A stretch of DNA of 64,000 nt from Clostridia bacterium (lineage in GTDB: Bacteria; Bacillota; DSM-521; Neomoorellales; SLTJ01): contig JANLFO010000002.1 of assembly GCA_024653205.1 (NCBI GenBank), forward strand, positions 85,590 through 149,589. The letters run 5' to 3'. A program made the position numbers and the translations under genes. Below the pieces are notes generated by a model. The model saw only the letters and a program-made list of their open reading frames with translations. It did not search any database and was not told the DNA's origin. This document shows positions 53,795 to 62,306 of the stretch, in pieces. Numbering within the stretch: position 1 is the first letter of the stretch; the number at the start of each line of letters is the position of its first letter.

Positions 53795-54523
53795 GTGTCG
53801 TCGGTCGCGCCGGATCTGCTGGCCGGTTTTGCTTCGGTCCTGTGGGGAAAGGGGACGGTGGCGGTTCCCAACCTGCTGCTGGCCAACTACGCGCGGCTGG
53901 GCCTGACCGAGCCCGAGGTAATGGTGATCCTTCACCTCCTTCGCCTGGAAGCCCTGGAGGGCGATCACTTTCCCACTCCCGAGAAGTTGAGCCGCTTCAT
54001 GGCCGTGGATGCCTCCAGGGTGCGCGAACTCATGGCCTCTCTCATGGAAAAGAAGTTTCTTAAGGTGGTCCCCGAGGGAGAATCCCACCGATCCGGTTAC
54101 CGGTACAGCTGCGAGGAACTGGTGCTGGGCCTGGCCCGGCTCTGGCTCTCGGATCAGGCGGCCAACCCCTCTTCGCCCCAGACGGAGCCGGAGGAAGGCG
54201 AGCTGTACCAGGCCTTTGAGCAGGAGTTCGGCCGGCCCCTCTCACCCCTGGAGAGCGGCCAGTTGGTGGAGTGGTGCCGCCGCTATCCCCCGGAGCTGGT
54301 CCGGGAGGCGCTGCGCCTGGCCGTACTGCGGGGAGTCTACAACTTCCGCTACATCGACTCCATCCTGCGGGACTGGGAAAAGAAGAACGTGCGCACGCTG
54401 CGGGAAGCGCAGGAACTGGAGGCGCAGTTTCGCGAGCGGCGCCGCAAGCGGAGAAGCCAGCAGTCCAAGGGTTCGGAAGAGGAATGGAAGGACGACAAGT
54501 ATAAGGATCTCTACCTCAGCTAG
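53795..54523 (+). CDS. DnaD-domain replication initiation protein (DnaB/DnaD-like)
   Basis: 242 aa. An N-terminal winged-helix-like region plus a DnaD domain (FEQEFGRPLSPLESGQLVEWC...YIDSILRDWEKKNVRTLREA). An extended -10 (TGcTATAAT at 53748-53756) lies upstream. Confidence 0.85.
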   Translation: MSSVAPDLLAGFASVLWGKGTVAVPNLLLANYARLGLTEPEVMVILHLLRLEALEGDHFPTPEKLSRFMAVDASRVRELMASLMEKKFLKVVPEGESHRSGYRYSCEELVLGLARLWLSDQAANPSSPQTEPEEGELYQAFEQEFGRPLSPLESGQLVEWCRRYPPELVREALRLAVLRGVYNFRYIDSILRDWEKKNVRTLREAQELEAQFRERRRKRRSQQSKGSEEEWKDDKYKDLYLS

Positions 54524-54538
54524 GGAGCGGGATCGCGC

Positions 54539-55345
54539 ATGGCGGATTGGGAACCGCTCGGTCGCATACTGACCTCACTGCCGGCGCGCCGCGCCGCTGC
54601 GGCCCCGGTTCCGGACCGGCCGGAGGAGGACACGTGCCCGCACTGTCACGGTCGGGGAGTGGTCCTCAGGGACGATCGGGCCGTACGCTGCTCCTGCATG
54701 CGCCAGAAGAGCCTGGCCAGAAGGCGGGAGAGCGCCGGACTCACCCCCGCCCTGCAGCGGCAGACCTTCGCCCGCTTCGAGCTCGGTTACTATGAGCCCG
54801 AGTTCCTGGAAACTGCCAAGCGGAGTCTGGCCGCCGCCAGGGAGTTCGTGCGGGAGTGCCTGGAGGGCGGGGCGAGGCGGGGGCTCCTGTTCACCGGCCC
54901 GGTGGGCAGCGGCAAGACTTTCCTGGCCTCGGCCATCGCCAACGCCCTGGTGGAAAGGGGGCACGACGTATTCTTCGTGGTGGTCCCGGAACTCCTGGAG
55001 GCCATAAGAAGCGGGATCCGGCCGGATTCCGAAGGCGACAACGAGATGGAGCGGCGGGCCCGCACCGGCGCCGTCCTGGTGCTGGACGACCTCGGGGCCC
55101 ACAACTACACCGAATGGACCAGAAACACGCTGTACTCCCTGCTCAACTACCGGATAAACCACGAACTGCCCACGGTGATCACCACCAACCTCAGCCTGGA
55201 ACAGCTCGAGTACTACCTGGGGGAGCGCACCACCTCCAGGATTCTGGAGCACTGCCGGGTTTACCGCCTGCGGGTCGGGCAGGACATCCGGCGGGTCAAG
55301 GCGACCCGGGCGGCCGGCGCACCGTTTGAGGGCCCGGATACATAG
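54539..55345 (+). CDS. dnaI: DnaI/DnaC-type helicase loader ATPase
   Basis: 268 aa. N-terminal zinc motif CPHCHG...CSC, Walker A GPVGSGKTFLA and Walker B VLVLDDLG. It follows the DnaD-domain gene. Confidence 0.88.
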   Translation: MADWEPLGRILTSLPARRAAAAPVPDRPEEDTCPHCHGRGVVLRDDRAVRCSCMRQKSLARRRESAGLTPALQRQTFARFELGYYEPEFLETAKRSLAAAREFVRECLEGGARRGLLFTGPVGSGKTFLASAIANALVERGHDVFFVVVPELLEAIRSGIRPDSEGDNEMERRARTGAVLVLDDLGAHNYTEWTRNTLYSLLNYRINHELPTVITTNLSLEQLEYYLGERTTSRILEHCRVYRLRVGQDIRRVKATRAAGAPFEGPDT

Positions 55346-55412
55346 GATGCATCGGCCCCCTTTGCGGAAGGGGTCAGGCGCATGGGAGCAGCCTAGGTTA
55401 GGAGGACAGCCA

Positions 55413-55658
55413 ATGCGCATCCCGGTTTGCGACCGCTGCAAGGCCAGGAACGTCGAAGGGGTCATATGCCGTCACTGCGACACCAGCCTGTGTTACGACT
55501 GCCTGGACATGCACCCGGAAGAGATGCGAATATGCCCTGCCTGCGGGGAGTTCCTCTGCGAGGAATGCTACCAGGGCATGGTGGAGTGCGACGTTTCCAG
55601 GCAGAAAAGGCCTATCCGGCCGCCGGAGCGGGATCTGCCGCTGGACAACGGCCTTTGA
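55413..55658 (+). CDS. Cysteine-rich small protein (multiple CxxC zinc knuckles)
   Basis: ATG 55413, 7 nt after AGGAGGA. 81 aa with five CxxC pairs (CDRC, CRHC, CYDC, CPAC, CEEC). Confidence 0.5.
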   Translation: MRIPVCDRCKARNVEGVICRHCDTSLCYDCLDMHPEEMRICPACGEFLCEECYQGMVECDVSRQKRPIRPPERDLPLDNGL

Positions 55659-55714
55659 GGGAGCCTCGGACTGCGAGGGTGCATGTATTCTTGCCCGCGA
55701 CCGGCTCCTGGGGT

Positions 55715-55743
55715 TTGACAGCGATCACGGCCTGCGTTATACT
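55715..55743 (+). promoter_or_regulatory. Near-consensus promoter of the tRNA-Arg/Lys unit (TTGACA-17 nt-TATACT)
   Basis: TTGACA at 55715-55720 and TATACT at 55738-55743, 12 nt before the tRNA-Arg 5' end. Confidence 0.65.
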
Positions 55744-55755
55744 ATGTTTGGTCGC

Positions 55756-55830
55756 GCGCCCGTAGCTCAGGGGAGAGAGCACTGGCCTCCGGAGCCAGGA
55801 GCGCAGGTTCGAGTCCTGCCGGGCGCGCCA
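55756..55830 (+). tRNA. tRNA-Arg (anticodon CCG), CCA encoded
   Basis: GCGCCCG-TA-GCTC..GAGC-A-CTGGC-CTCCGGA-GCCAG-GAGC-GCAGG-TTCGAGT-CCTGC-CGGGCGC-G-CCA. Confidence 0.92.
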
Positions 55831-55848
55831 GGATACCAGCATAAAGGT

Positions 55849-55924
<76 letters not shown>

Positions 55925-55934
55925 GAAAATCCGG

Positions 55935-55964
55935 GGTTCAGGGAGCTTTCCTTGAACCTTTTTT
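55935..55964 (+). terminator. Rho-independent terminator after tRNA-Lys
   Basis: GGTTCAGGGA-GCTT-TCCTTGAACC followed by TTTTTT. Confidence 0.75.
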
Positions 55965-56369
55965 GTCGGCTTTTAGACGGGGTATCCCCGATGGCACGGT
56001 CTTAAAGGAGGCATTCACCTGAGCGAGGCTTGGTGTGCGGCAACGGGCTTTTCGCGCGATACTCGGGGGATCATATGACAGTAGGGCAGCTGCAGGACGG
56101 CAATTCTCCGTGGAAGAAGCAGATAGCTCTATTCCTGGCCACCAGCTAGTTCAGAGGCTACAGGAGCATGTCCTTGAAACCATGAGGCGCATGCCGGAAT
56201 GCCAGCCTGCACAGTCTTATTGCCAAGGGGCTTGTCGAGGCGGTTATGAGCGGGCATGGCAAGGCCAGGCGTAATAGATACCGCCTTTCTCGCTAGGCAC
56301 TGTTTGCCCGTTGCCATTGTGTTTTGCCACATCATGGCTCGGGGAAGGCCGCAGGGGAGCACACGCCAC

Positions 56370-56407
56370 CACGATGAGTACCTCTTCACACGATGAGTAC
56401 CTCTTCA
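56370..56407 (+). repeat. Perfect 19-bp tandem duplication (CACGATGAGTACCTCTTCA x2) spanning the Nudix gene start
   Basis: Copies at 56370-56388 and 56389-56407 are identical, and each carries an ATG (56374 and 56393). Confidence 0.9.
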
Positions 56408-56839
56408 AACAACGGCGCTAGAGAATACCCAATCATCGTTACCGCCGCGGTCATCCGCCGGGGTGATAGGGTGCTGGTGGCCCGGCGGCGGCACGGGCAC
56501 CTCGCGGGCAAATGGGAATTCCCCGGGGGGAAGCTGGAGCCGGGCGAAGGCCCGGAGCAGTGTCTGGCGCGCGAGATCAGGGAAGAACTCGGCCTGGCGG
56601 TGCGGGTGGAGGATATCTTCGCCGCGGTCTACCACCGCTACGAGACCGGGCCCATCCTGCTGCTCGCCTACACCTGCTCTCTGCCCGAGGGATGGCGGCC
56701 CGAGGCGGACCCGGCCCCGAGCGGCGCGGTCAGGTGGGTGTCTGCGGAGGAGCTGGGCCGGCTCGACCTGGCTCCGGCGGACGTGCCCATAGCGGAAAAG
56801 CTCGGGCGAGAGGCACCACCCGGGCAACACTCCGGTTAA
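56393..56839 (+). CDS. Nudix hydrolase (MutT-like)
   Basis: 148 aa with the Nudix box GKWEFPGGKLEPGEGPEQCLAREIREELG. Confidence 0.85.
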   Translation: MSTSSNNGAREYPIIVTAAVIRRGDRVLVARRRHGHLAGKWEFPGGKLEPGEGPEQCLAREIREELGLAVRVEDIFAAVYHRYETGPILLLAYTCSLPEGWRPEADPAPSGAVRWVSAEELGRLDLAPADVPIAEKLGREAPPGQHSG

Positions 56840-56910
56840 GGAAGCCCCTTTGCAGGCAGGCAGAAACCGCCCAAGAATTGTTCCCGCCCGTCCGCGTCTG
56901 GCCGAAGGGT

Positions 56911-56939
56911 TTGTCAGGGCGGCCGGGCGGAATTATAAT
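56911..56939 (+). promoter_or_regulatory. Candidate promoter (TTGTCA-17 nt-TATAAT)
   Basis: Hexamers at 56911-56916 and 56934-56939. The position argues against the 56850 ORF-track start for the next gene. Confidence 0.55.
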
Positions 56940-56987
56940 CTATGGCAGAGCCAAGGTTTGGATGGTTCGCACCGGGAGGGATATGAG

Positions 56988-57542
56988 TTGAAGGTCGAGG
57001 TGCCTCCGGCATCTGCCCACCGCCTGATAAATCACGGCTGCGTGGTGCTGGTCACCAGTGCTTCCGGCGGGCGCACCAACGTGATGACCGTGGCCTGGCA
57101 GACCCCGCTTTCGGCCCGGCCGCCGCTGGTGGGCGTGTCCATTGCCAGCACGCACCTGACCCACGAGCTGATCGAATCCGGCGGGGAGTTCGTGGTCAAC
57201 GTTCCCGGAGCAGAGCTGCTGCCCAGGGTGCATCTGTGCGGGAGCATCTCCGGCCGCGAGGGGGACAAGTTCCGGAAGGCAGGACTGACTCCGGGCCCGG
57301 CCCGAAAGGTAAGGCCTCCGCTGATTGAGGAATGTCTTGCCCACCTGGAGTGCGTGGTGGTGGCCCGCCACCGGGCCGGCGACCACACCTTCTTCGTGGG
57401 CGAGGTGGTGGCGGCCGCTGCCCGGGAGGGGCTGTTCTCCACCTACTGGGTGGATCGGCCCGAGGCCTCCACGCTCCATCACCTGGGAGGCAGCCGCTAC
57501 TACGTCAGCGGCCCGCGGAAAGAGGCGCGACATGGAGATTAA
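56988..57542 (+). CDS. Flavin reductase-like (FMN-binding split-barrel) protein
   Basis: TTG 56988, 7 nt after GGGAGGG. It has the conserved core HGCVVLVTSASGGRTNVMTVAWQTPLS. Confidence 0.85.
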   Translation: MKVEVPPASAHRLINHGCVVLVTSASGGRTNVMTVAWQTPLSARPPLVGVSIASTHLTHELIESGGEFVVNVPGAELLPRVHLCGSISGREGDKFRKAGLTPGPARKVRPPLIEECLAHLECVVVARHRAGDHTFFVGEVVAAAAREGLFSTYWVDRPEASTLHHLGGSRYYVSGPRKEARHGD

Positions 57543-58173
57543 CCTGGACTTCGCCTGGGCCAAGGCGCAGGAGGATTTCGCCCGGATCGATCCCCTGGAG
57601 GCGGCCGGGAGGGCCGGGGCGGAGCCGATCGACCGGAGCACGCTCCGCCTGCGCTACTTCGGCCGCCCGGTTCTGGTGCGCCACCCGGACGGGGAGAGCA
57701 GGCCGGAGACCGGGCCGCCGCTGTCCCGGCGCGAACAGATACTGCTGCTTCACTACCTGGTCTGCGCCGGCGGCGCTCCGCCCGAGCGGCAGTGGATCAG
57801 CTTCGGCGAGATCCCGGGCGGAACCATCTACCTTCAGCCCTTCCGGCAGCGCTGCCTCCGGCCCCTGATTCGCCGTTTCGGAACCGACCCGGCGGCCCTG
57901 GCCGGTGCCGCCGCGGCCCTGGGTGGGGAGCCGCTGGCCCTGGGGGACGCGGCCTGCGCCCTGCCGGCCCTTCCCCGGGTGAGCCTGGCGGTCATCCTGT
58001 GGCAGGGCGACGACGAATTCCCGGCCAACGCCACGGTGCTCTTCGATCGCGGGGTGACCGGCTACCTGCCGCTGGAGGACTGCGCCACCCTGGCGCAGCT
58101 GGCGGCCATGTACCTCGTCGGTGCGGCCTCGGGCCGGCCCCAGACGGCACCCCCGGAACTGCGGCTGAAGTAG
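57532..58173 (+). CDS. DUF3786-domain protein
   Basis: ATG 57532 overlaps the flavin reductase stop by 11 nt. MEINLDFAWAKAQEDFARIDP...LRLRYFGRPVLV resembles the DUF3786 family as I recall it. Confidence 0.65.
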   Translation: MEINLDFAWAKAQEDFARIDPLEAAGRAGAEPIDRSTLRLRYFGRPVLVRHPDGESRPETGPPLSRREQILLLHYLVCAGGAPPERQWISFGEIPGGTIYLQPFRQRCLRPLIRRFGTDPAALAGAAAALGGEPLALGDAACALPALPRVSLAVILWQGDDEFPANATVLFDRGVTGYLPLEDCATLAQLAAMYLVGAASGRPQTAPPELRLK

Positions 58174-58194
58174 CCGGACAAGGGGGCGACAACC

Positions 58195-58587
58195 GTGTGG
58201 CAGAGGATAGCGGTTGAAACCCGGTCTCGTGAGGAACTGGTAGACGTTACCGCCCTGGTGGGCGAGGCCGTCCGCCGGGCGGGAGTGGGTGAGGGGGTGT
58301 GCTGCCTTTACGTACCCCACACCACCGCCGGAATTACCGTCAACGAGAACGCCGATCCGGACGTGCGGCGCGACCTCCTGGCTGCGCTGGCCCGCCTGGT
58401 TCCCAGGAGCGGCCCCTACCACCACCGGGAGGGTAACGCCGACGCCCACGTCAAGGCCTCGCTGGTGGGCCACAGCGCCCTGATCCCGGTGCAGGACGGC
58501 CGCCTGGCCCTGGGCACCTGGCAGGGTGTGTTCTTCTGCGAGTTCGACGGCCCCAGGCGGCGGACGCTCATGGTGGGGGTACGTTGA
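58195..58587 (+). CDS. yjbQ: YjbQ/UPF0047-family protein (secondary thiamine-phosphate synthase)
   Basis: 130 aa with the typical motifs VPHTTAGITVNENADPDVRRDL and GNADAHVKASLVG. Confidence 0.88.
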   Translation: MWQRIAVETRSREELVDVTALVGEAVRRAGVGEGVCCLYVPHTTAGITVNENADPDVRRDLLAALARLVPRSGPYHHREGNADAHVKASLVGHSALIPVQDGRLALGTWQGVFFCEFDGPRRRTLMVGVR

Positions 58588-59507
58588 AGCGGGCGGTCAG
58601 CGTAAGCCTCGGCACCTCCCGGCGGGACTTCACCTCCCGGGTGCGGATCGCGGGCCGGGAGGTGGAAGTCCGGCGCATCGGCTGCGACGGCAGCGTGGAA
58701 CGCCTGGCTGCGCTGTTGCGGGAGCTGGACGGGCGGGTGGAGGCCATCGGCCTGGGAGGATTGAACTTCGCCTACCGGGTGGCCGGCCGCAGCTACCCCG
58801 TGCCCCAGGCCGCCCGCCTGCGCCGGCTGGTGCGCGGCACTCCCCTGGTGGACGGTTCGTTCCTCAAGGATACCCTGGAGCGCTGGGTGGTGGGCCATCT
58901 CGAGGAAGAGCACGGCCTCCGGTGGAGGGAGAGTTCGGTACTGGTCGCCTCGGTGCTGGACCGGTTCGGCCTGGCCGAGGAAATGCACCGGCGGGGGGCG
59001 AGGGTCCTGGCGGGAGACGTTTTCTTTGCCCTCCACCTCCCGGGACCGTTTCTCGATTTGGGCGCGTTCGGCCTCGTCGCCCGCGCGCTCCTGCCCGCGC
59101 TGCGCCTCGTTCCCCTCACGTGGCTTTACCCCTTGGGCGCGGAGCAGGACCGGCCGGGCCGGGCAGGGTTGAGGCTCAAAGGGGTTCAGGTGCTGGCGGG
59201 AGACTGCCACCTCCTGCTGCACCGCCTGCCGGAGGATCTTCGGGGTCGGATGGTACTGGTAAACAGCCTGTGGCCGGAGGAAGAGCGCCTGTTGCGGGCC
59301 AGGGGTGCGGCCGGAGTCGCGACCACCATGCCCCCGGTTGAGGGCCGCTCCTGGTCGGCCAACGCCTGGGAGGCCGCGCTGCACGCCGCACTGGGCGACG
59401 CCCTGTACCGGTATTCCGGCGAGGGACTGGCCCGGCTGCTCATGGATGCCGGTCTGCGGCCCAAGGTGGAGGTGTTTCGTGAACGCCAAGGTTTCCCATC
59501 TCGGTGA
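58584..59507 (+). CDS. Conserved hypothetical protein (family often auto-annotated 'quinate 5-dehydrogenase')
   Basis: 307 aa. N-terminal VSVSLGTSRRDF...IGCDGSVERLAALLRELDGRVEAIGLGG. Overlaps with both neighbours (yjbQ, thiL) indicate coupling. Confidence 0.5.
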   Translation: MKRAVSVSLGTSRRDFTSRVRIAGREVEVRRIGCDGSVERLAALLRELDGRVEAIGLGGLNFAYRVAGRSYPVPQAARLRRLVRGTPLVDGSFLKDTLERWVVGHLEEEHGLRWRESSVLVASVLDRFGLAEEMHRRGARVLAGDVFFALHLPGPFLDLGAFGLVARALLPALRLVPLTWLYPLGAEQDRPGRAGLRLKGVQVLAGDCHLLLHRLPEDLRGRMVLVNSLWPEEERLLRARGAAGVATTMPPVEGRSWSANAWEAALHAALGDALYRYSGEGLARLLMDAGLRPKVEVFRERQGFPSR

Positions 59508-60489
59508 GATCGCCCTGGTAGCCAGGCTTCTGGAGCGCATCGGCTCGACCGGAACGCCGGTGGGTCCGGGAGACGACGCCGCCGCCCTGGAGATCACGCC
59601 CGGCCGCTGGCTGCTGGCCACCACCGATATCCTGGTGGAGGGGGTGCACTTCCGGTCGGACTGGGCCGAGGCCTGGCAGGTGGGCTACAAGTCGCTGGCG
59701 GTGAACGTGAGCGACATAGCCGCCATGGGCGGCTCGCCCACCTACGCCCTGATCTCGCTGGCCCTTCCGGGAGAACTCAGCGCCGCCTGGGTGGAAGGTT
59801 TCTATCAGGGTCTGGAGCGCTGCGCCCTACGCTGGGGGATAAAAATCGTGGGCGGGGACACCGTGGCCGCGCCCCAGGTGGTGGTAACCGTCACCCTCCT
59901 GGGAGAGGTCGAGGCGGGCAGGGCCCTTACCCGGGCTGCCGGGAGGCCGGGAGACATCCTTGCCGTCACCGGCGACCTGGGCGCGGCGGCGGCCGGCCTG
60001 CACGAGCTGGAGAACCCCGGCCCCGTGAGCAGCGCGGCCCGGTCATCGGTATTGAGGCGCCACCTGCTGCCGGCTCCCCGGGTGCGGGAAGGGGCGATCC
60101 TGGCCGGGACCCCGGGCATCGGGGCGGTAATAGATCTCAGCGACGGCCTGGCGCGCGGCGCCTGGGAGGTGGCCACCGCCTGCGGCCTGGGGGCGGAAGT
60201 GTACGCCGAGCGCCTGCCGGTTTCGGCCTTTACCCGGGAGGTGGCACGGGGCCACGGCCGGGACCCCCTGGAGTGGGCCCTGTACGGCGGGGAAGACTAC
60301 GAGCTGCTCTTCAGCGTTCGGCCCTCGGAGTTTGCCGCCCTGCGGGACCGGATTCGGAACGCCTGCGGCACCCCGGTCACCGCCGTAGGTTGCCTGCTGC
60401 CCCGGGAGGCGGGTATCGTGCTCTGCCGCGGACAGAGCCGCCTGACCCTGGGCAAGGGGTACGAGCATTTTCGGTCTACTTATGGCTAA
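59479..60489 (+). CDS. thiL: Thiamine-monophosphate kinase
   Basis: GTG 59479, 6 nt after GGTGGAGG. It has the motifs GEIALVARL...GPGDDAAALE...TTDILVEGVHF and AIDLSDGL. Confidence 0.9.
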   Translation: MNAKVSHLGEIALVARLLERIGSTGTPVGPGDDAAALEITPGRWLLATTDILVEGVHFRSDWAEAWQVGYKSLAVNVSDIAAMGGSPTYALISLALPGELSAAWVEGFYQGLERCALRWGIKIVGGDTVAAPQVVVTVTLLGEVEAGRALTRAAGRPGDILAVTGDLGAAAAGLHELENPGPVSSAARSSVLRRHLLPAPRVREGAILAGTPGIGAVIDLSDGLARGAWEVATACGLGAEVYAERLPVSAFTREVARGHGRDPLEWALYGGEDYELLFSVRPSEFAALRDRIRNACGTPVTAVGCLLPREAGIVLCRGQSRLTLGKGYEHFRSTYG

Positions 60490-60556
60490 GTTATGGTAGT
60501 AGGTGATATAATTTTACCAGTAACTTTGCCACGGCCAACCGCGGAGGTGGAGGCGG

Positions 60557-62104
60557 GTGTCCATACCCGAACATTTAGCCCGGCGCGCCGAGCGCGCCCT
60601 TCCAAGCGAAAAAGAGCGGGCTTCCTCTGAGGCCCAGAGGCGGCAGCAACCGCACAAGCTTTCGGCGCGGGAAAGACTGGCGCTGCTCCTGGACCCGGGG
60701 AGCTTCATCGAGATCGATCAGAACGTCAGCCACCGCTGCACCAACTTCGGGCTCGACCGGGTGGAGATCCCGGGCGACGGAGTGATAACGGGTTACGGCC
60801 GGATTGCCGGACGCACGGTTTTCGTGTTTTCCCAGGACTTCACCGCCCTGGGGGGCACGCTCGGGGAAATGCACGCGCAGAAGATCTGCAAGGTGATGGA
60901 CCTGGCGGCCAGGTCGCGGGCACCGCTGATCGGCATCAACGACTCCGGAGGCGCGCGCATCCAGGAGGGGGTGGATGCCCTTAACGGCTACGGCGAGATT
61001 TTCCGCCGCAATACCCACCTTTCTGGGGTGGTGCCGCAGATCTCGGTCATCCTGGGACCCTGCGCCGGCGGCGCGGTTTACTCTCCCGCCCTTACCGATC
61101 TGGTGTTCATGGTGGAGGGCATCTCGCGCATGTTCATCACCGGCCCCCAGGTGGTGAGGGCGGTAACCGGTGAGGAGGTATCTCCGGAGCAGTTGGGCGG
61201 CGGCCGGGTTCACGCCGCCCGCAGCGGCGTGGCCCACTTCGTCTGCGCCGGCGAAGAGGAATGCCTCGACCTGGTGCGCCGGGTGCTGGGCTACCTGCCC
61301 TCCCACTGCGGAGAGCATCCCCCGCGGGTTGCCCCCGTGCATCCTGCCGCCGACGGCCAGGACCTGGAGGTCCTGGTGCCGGCCGATCCCAAGCAGTCCT
61401 ACGACGTTCGGGCGGTCATCGCCCGGCTGGTGGACGGCGGCTATTTCCTGGAGGTGCAGGCCGAGTACGCCACCAACATAGTCTGCGCCCTGGCGCGGCT
61501 CAACGGTTACGCCATTGGGGTCATCGCCAACCAGCCTCGGTTTCTGGCCGGCTGCCTGGACATTAATGCCTCGGACAAGGCGGCCCGCTTCGTCCGCTTT
61601 TGCGACGCCTTCAACCTTCCCCTGCTCACCCTGGTGGATACCACCGGTTACCTTCCCGGTAGGCAGCAGGAGCACGGCGGCATCATCCGGCACGGCGCCA
61701 AGCTGCTTTACGCCTATGCCGAGGCCACGGTGCCCAAGCTCACCGTAATCCTGCGCAAGGCCTACGGAGGGGCCTACCTGGCCATGTGCTCCCGGGCCCT
61801 GGGAGCGGACCAGGTCTTCGCCTGGCCCGGGGCGGAGATCGCGGTTATGGGGCCGGAGGGAGCGGCGGACATCATCTTCCGGCGGGAGATCAGTTCTGCC
61901 CCCGATCCGGAAAGGGCGAAGCGGGAAAAGGCGGAAGAGTACCGGCGTATTTTCGCCAACCCCTATACCGCCGCCTCTCGGGGTTACGTGGACGCGGTCA
62001 TCTCTCCCCGGGAGACGCGCTCCTACCTGATCGAAGCCCTGGAAGCCCTCCGGAACAAACGTGAGAGCAGGCCGGAGAAAAAACACGGTAACATTCCGCT
62101 GTGA
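60557..62104 (+). CDS. Acyl-CoA carboxylase carboxyltransferase subunit (propionyl-CoA carboxylase beta / methylmalonyl-CoA carboxyltransferase family)
   Basis: 515 aa with two crotonase-like CT domains (DSGGARIQEG ... AYGGAYLAM). An extended -10 (TGaTATAAT at 60504-60512) lies upstream. Confidence 0.93.
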   Translation: MSIPEHLARRAERALPSEKERASSEAQRRQQPHKLSARERLALLLDPGSFIEIDQNVSHRCTNFGLDRVEIPGDGVITGYGRIAGRTVFVFSQDFTALGGTLGEMHAQKICKVMDLAARSRAPLIGINDSGGARIQEGVDALNGYGEIFRRNTHLSGVVPQISVILGPCAGGAVYSPALTDLVFMVEGISRMFITGPQVVRAVTGEEVSPEQLGGGRVHAARSGVAHFVCAGEEECLDLVRRVLGYLPSHCGEHPPRVAPVHPAADGQDLEVLVPADPKQSYDVRAVIARLVDGGYFLEVQAEYATNIVCALARLNGYAIGVIANQPRFLAGCLDINASDKAARFVRFCDAFNLPLLTLVDTTGYLPGRQQEHGGIIRHGAKLLYAYAEATVPKLTVILRKAYGGAYLAMCSRALGADQVFAWPGAEIAVMGPEGAADIIFRREISSAPDPERAKREKAEEYRRIFANPYTAASRGYVDAVISPRETRSYLIEALEALRNKRESRPEKKHGNIPL

Positions 62105-62264
62105 TGCTCCATAGTATAGAAATGAGCCCGAGACCCGAGTTTGCGAGGTGACGCTCGTGCGGGTGTACTTTATCCCTCTGCCCGGCCTGCTGAGAAGGAT
62201 CCTGAAACGGATGCTTCGCCAGGCCTAGGGTGAGCCGTCGGCGCCGGCAAACGATTTGGGTCTA

Positions 62265-62302
62265 CCACCTCCTCTTGCCCACTAAACTTTAAGAGGAGGG
62301 GG
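62265..62302 (+). promoter_or_regulatory. SD-sequestering hairpin in the 5' UTR of the 62307 gene
   Basis: CCTCCTCTT (62268-62276) pairs perfectly with AAGAGGAGG (62291-62299), which is the ribosome-binding site 7 nt before ATG 62307. The loop is 14 nt. Confidence 0.5.
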
Positions 62303-62306
62303 AACC

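Noticed and set aside
56035-56389. 79-aa (+) and 86-aa (-) ORFs in the post-tRNA spacer.
   Set aside because: They are mutually overlapping, lack SDs, have no family resemblance and have atypical composition. They are left unassigned.
62148-62228. 23-26-codon ORF (VTLVRVYFIPLPGLLRRILKRMLRQA) after the carboxyltransferase gene, considered as a small subunit gene.
   Set aside because: SD spacing is poor for the first GTG and only moderate for the second. It is too short and unsupported to call, and is mentioned only as context for the SD hairpin.
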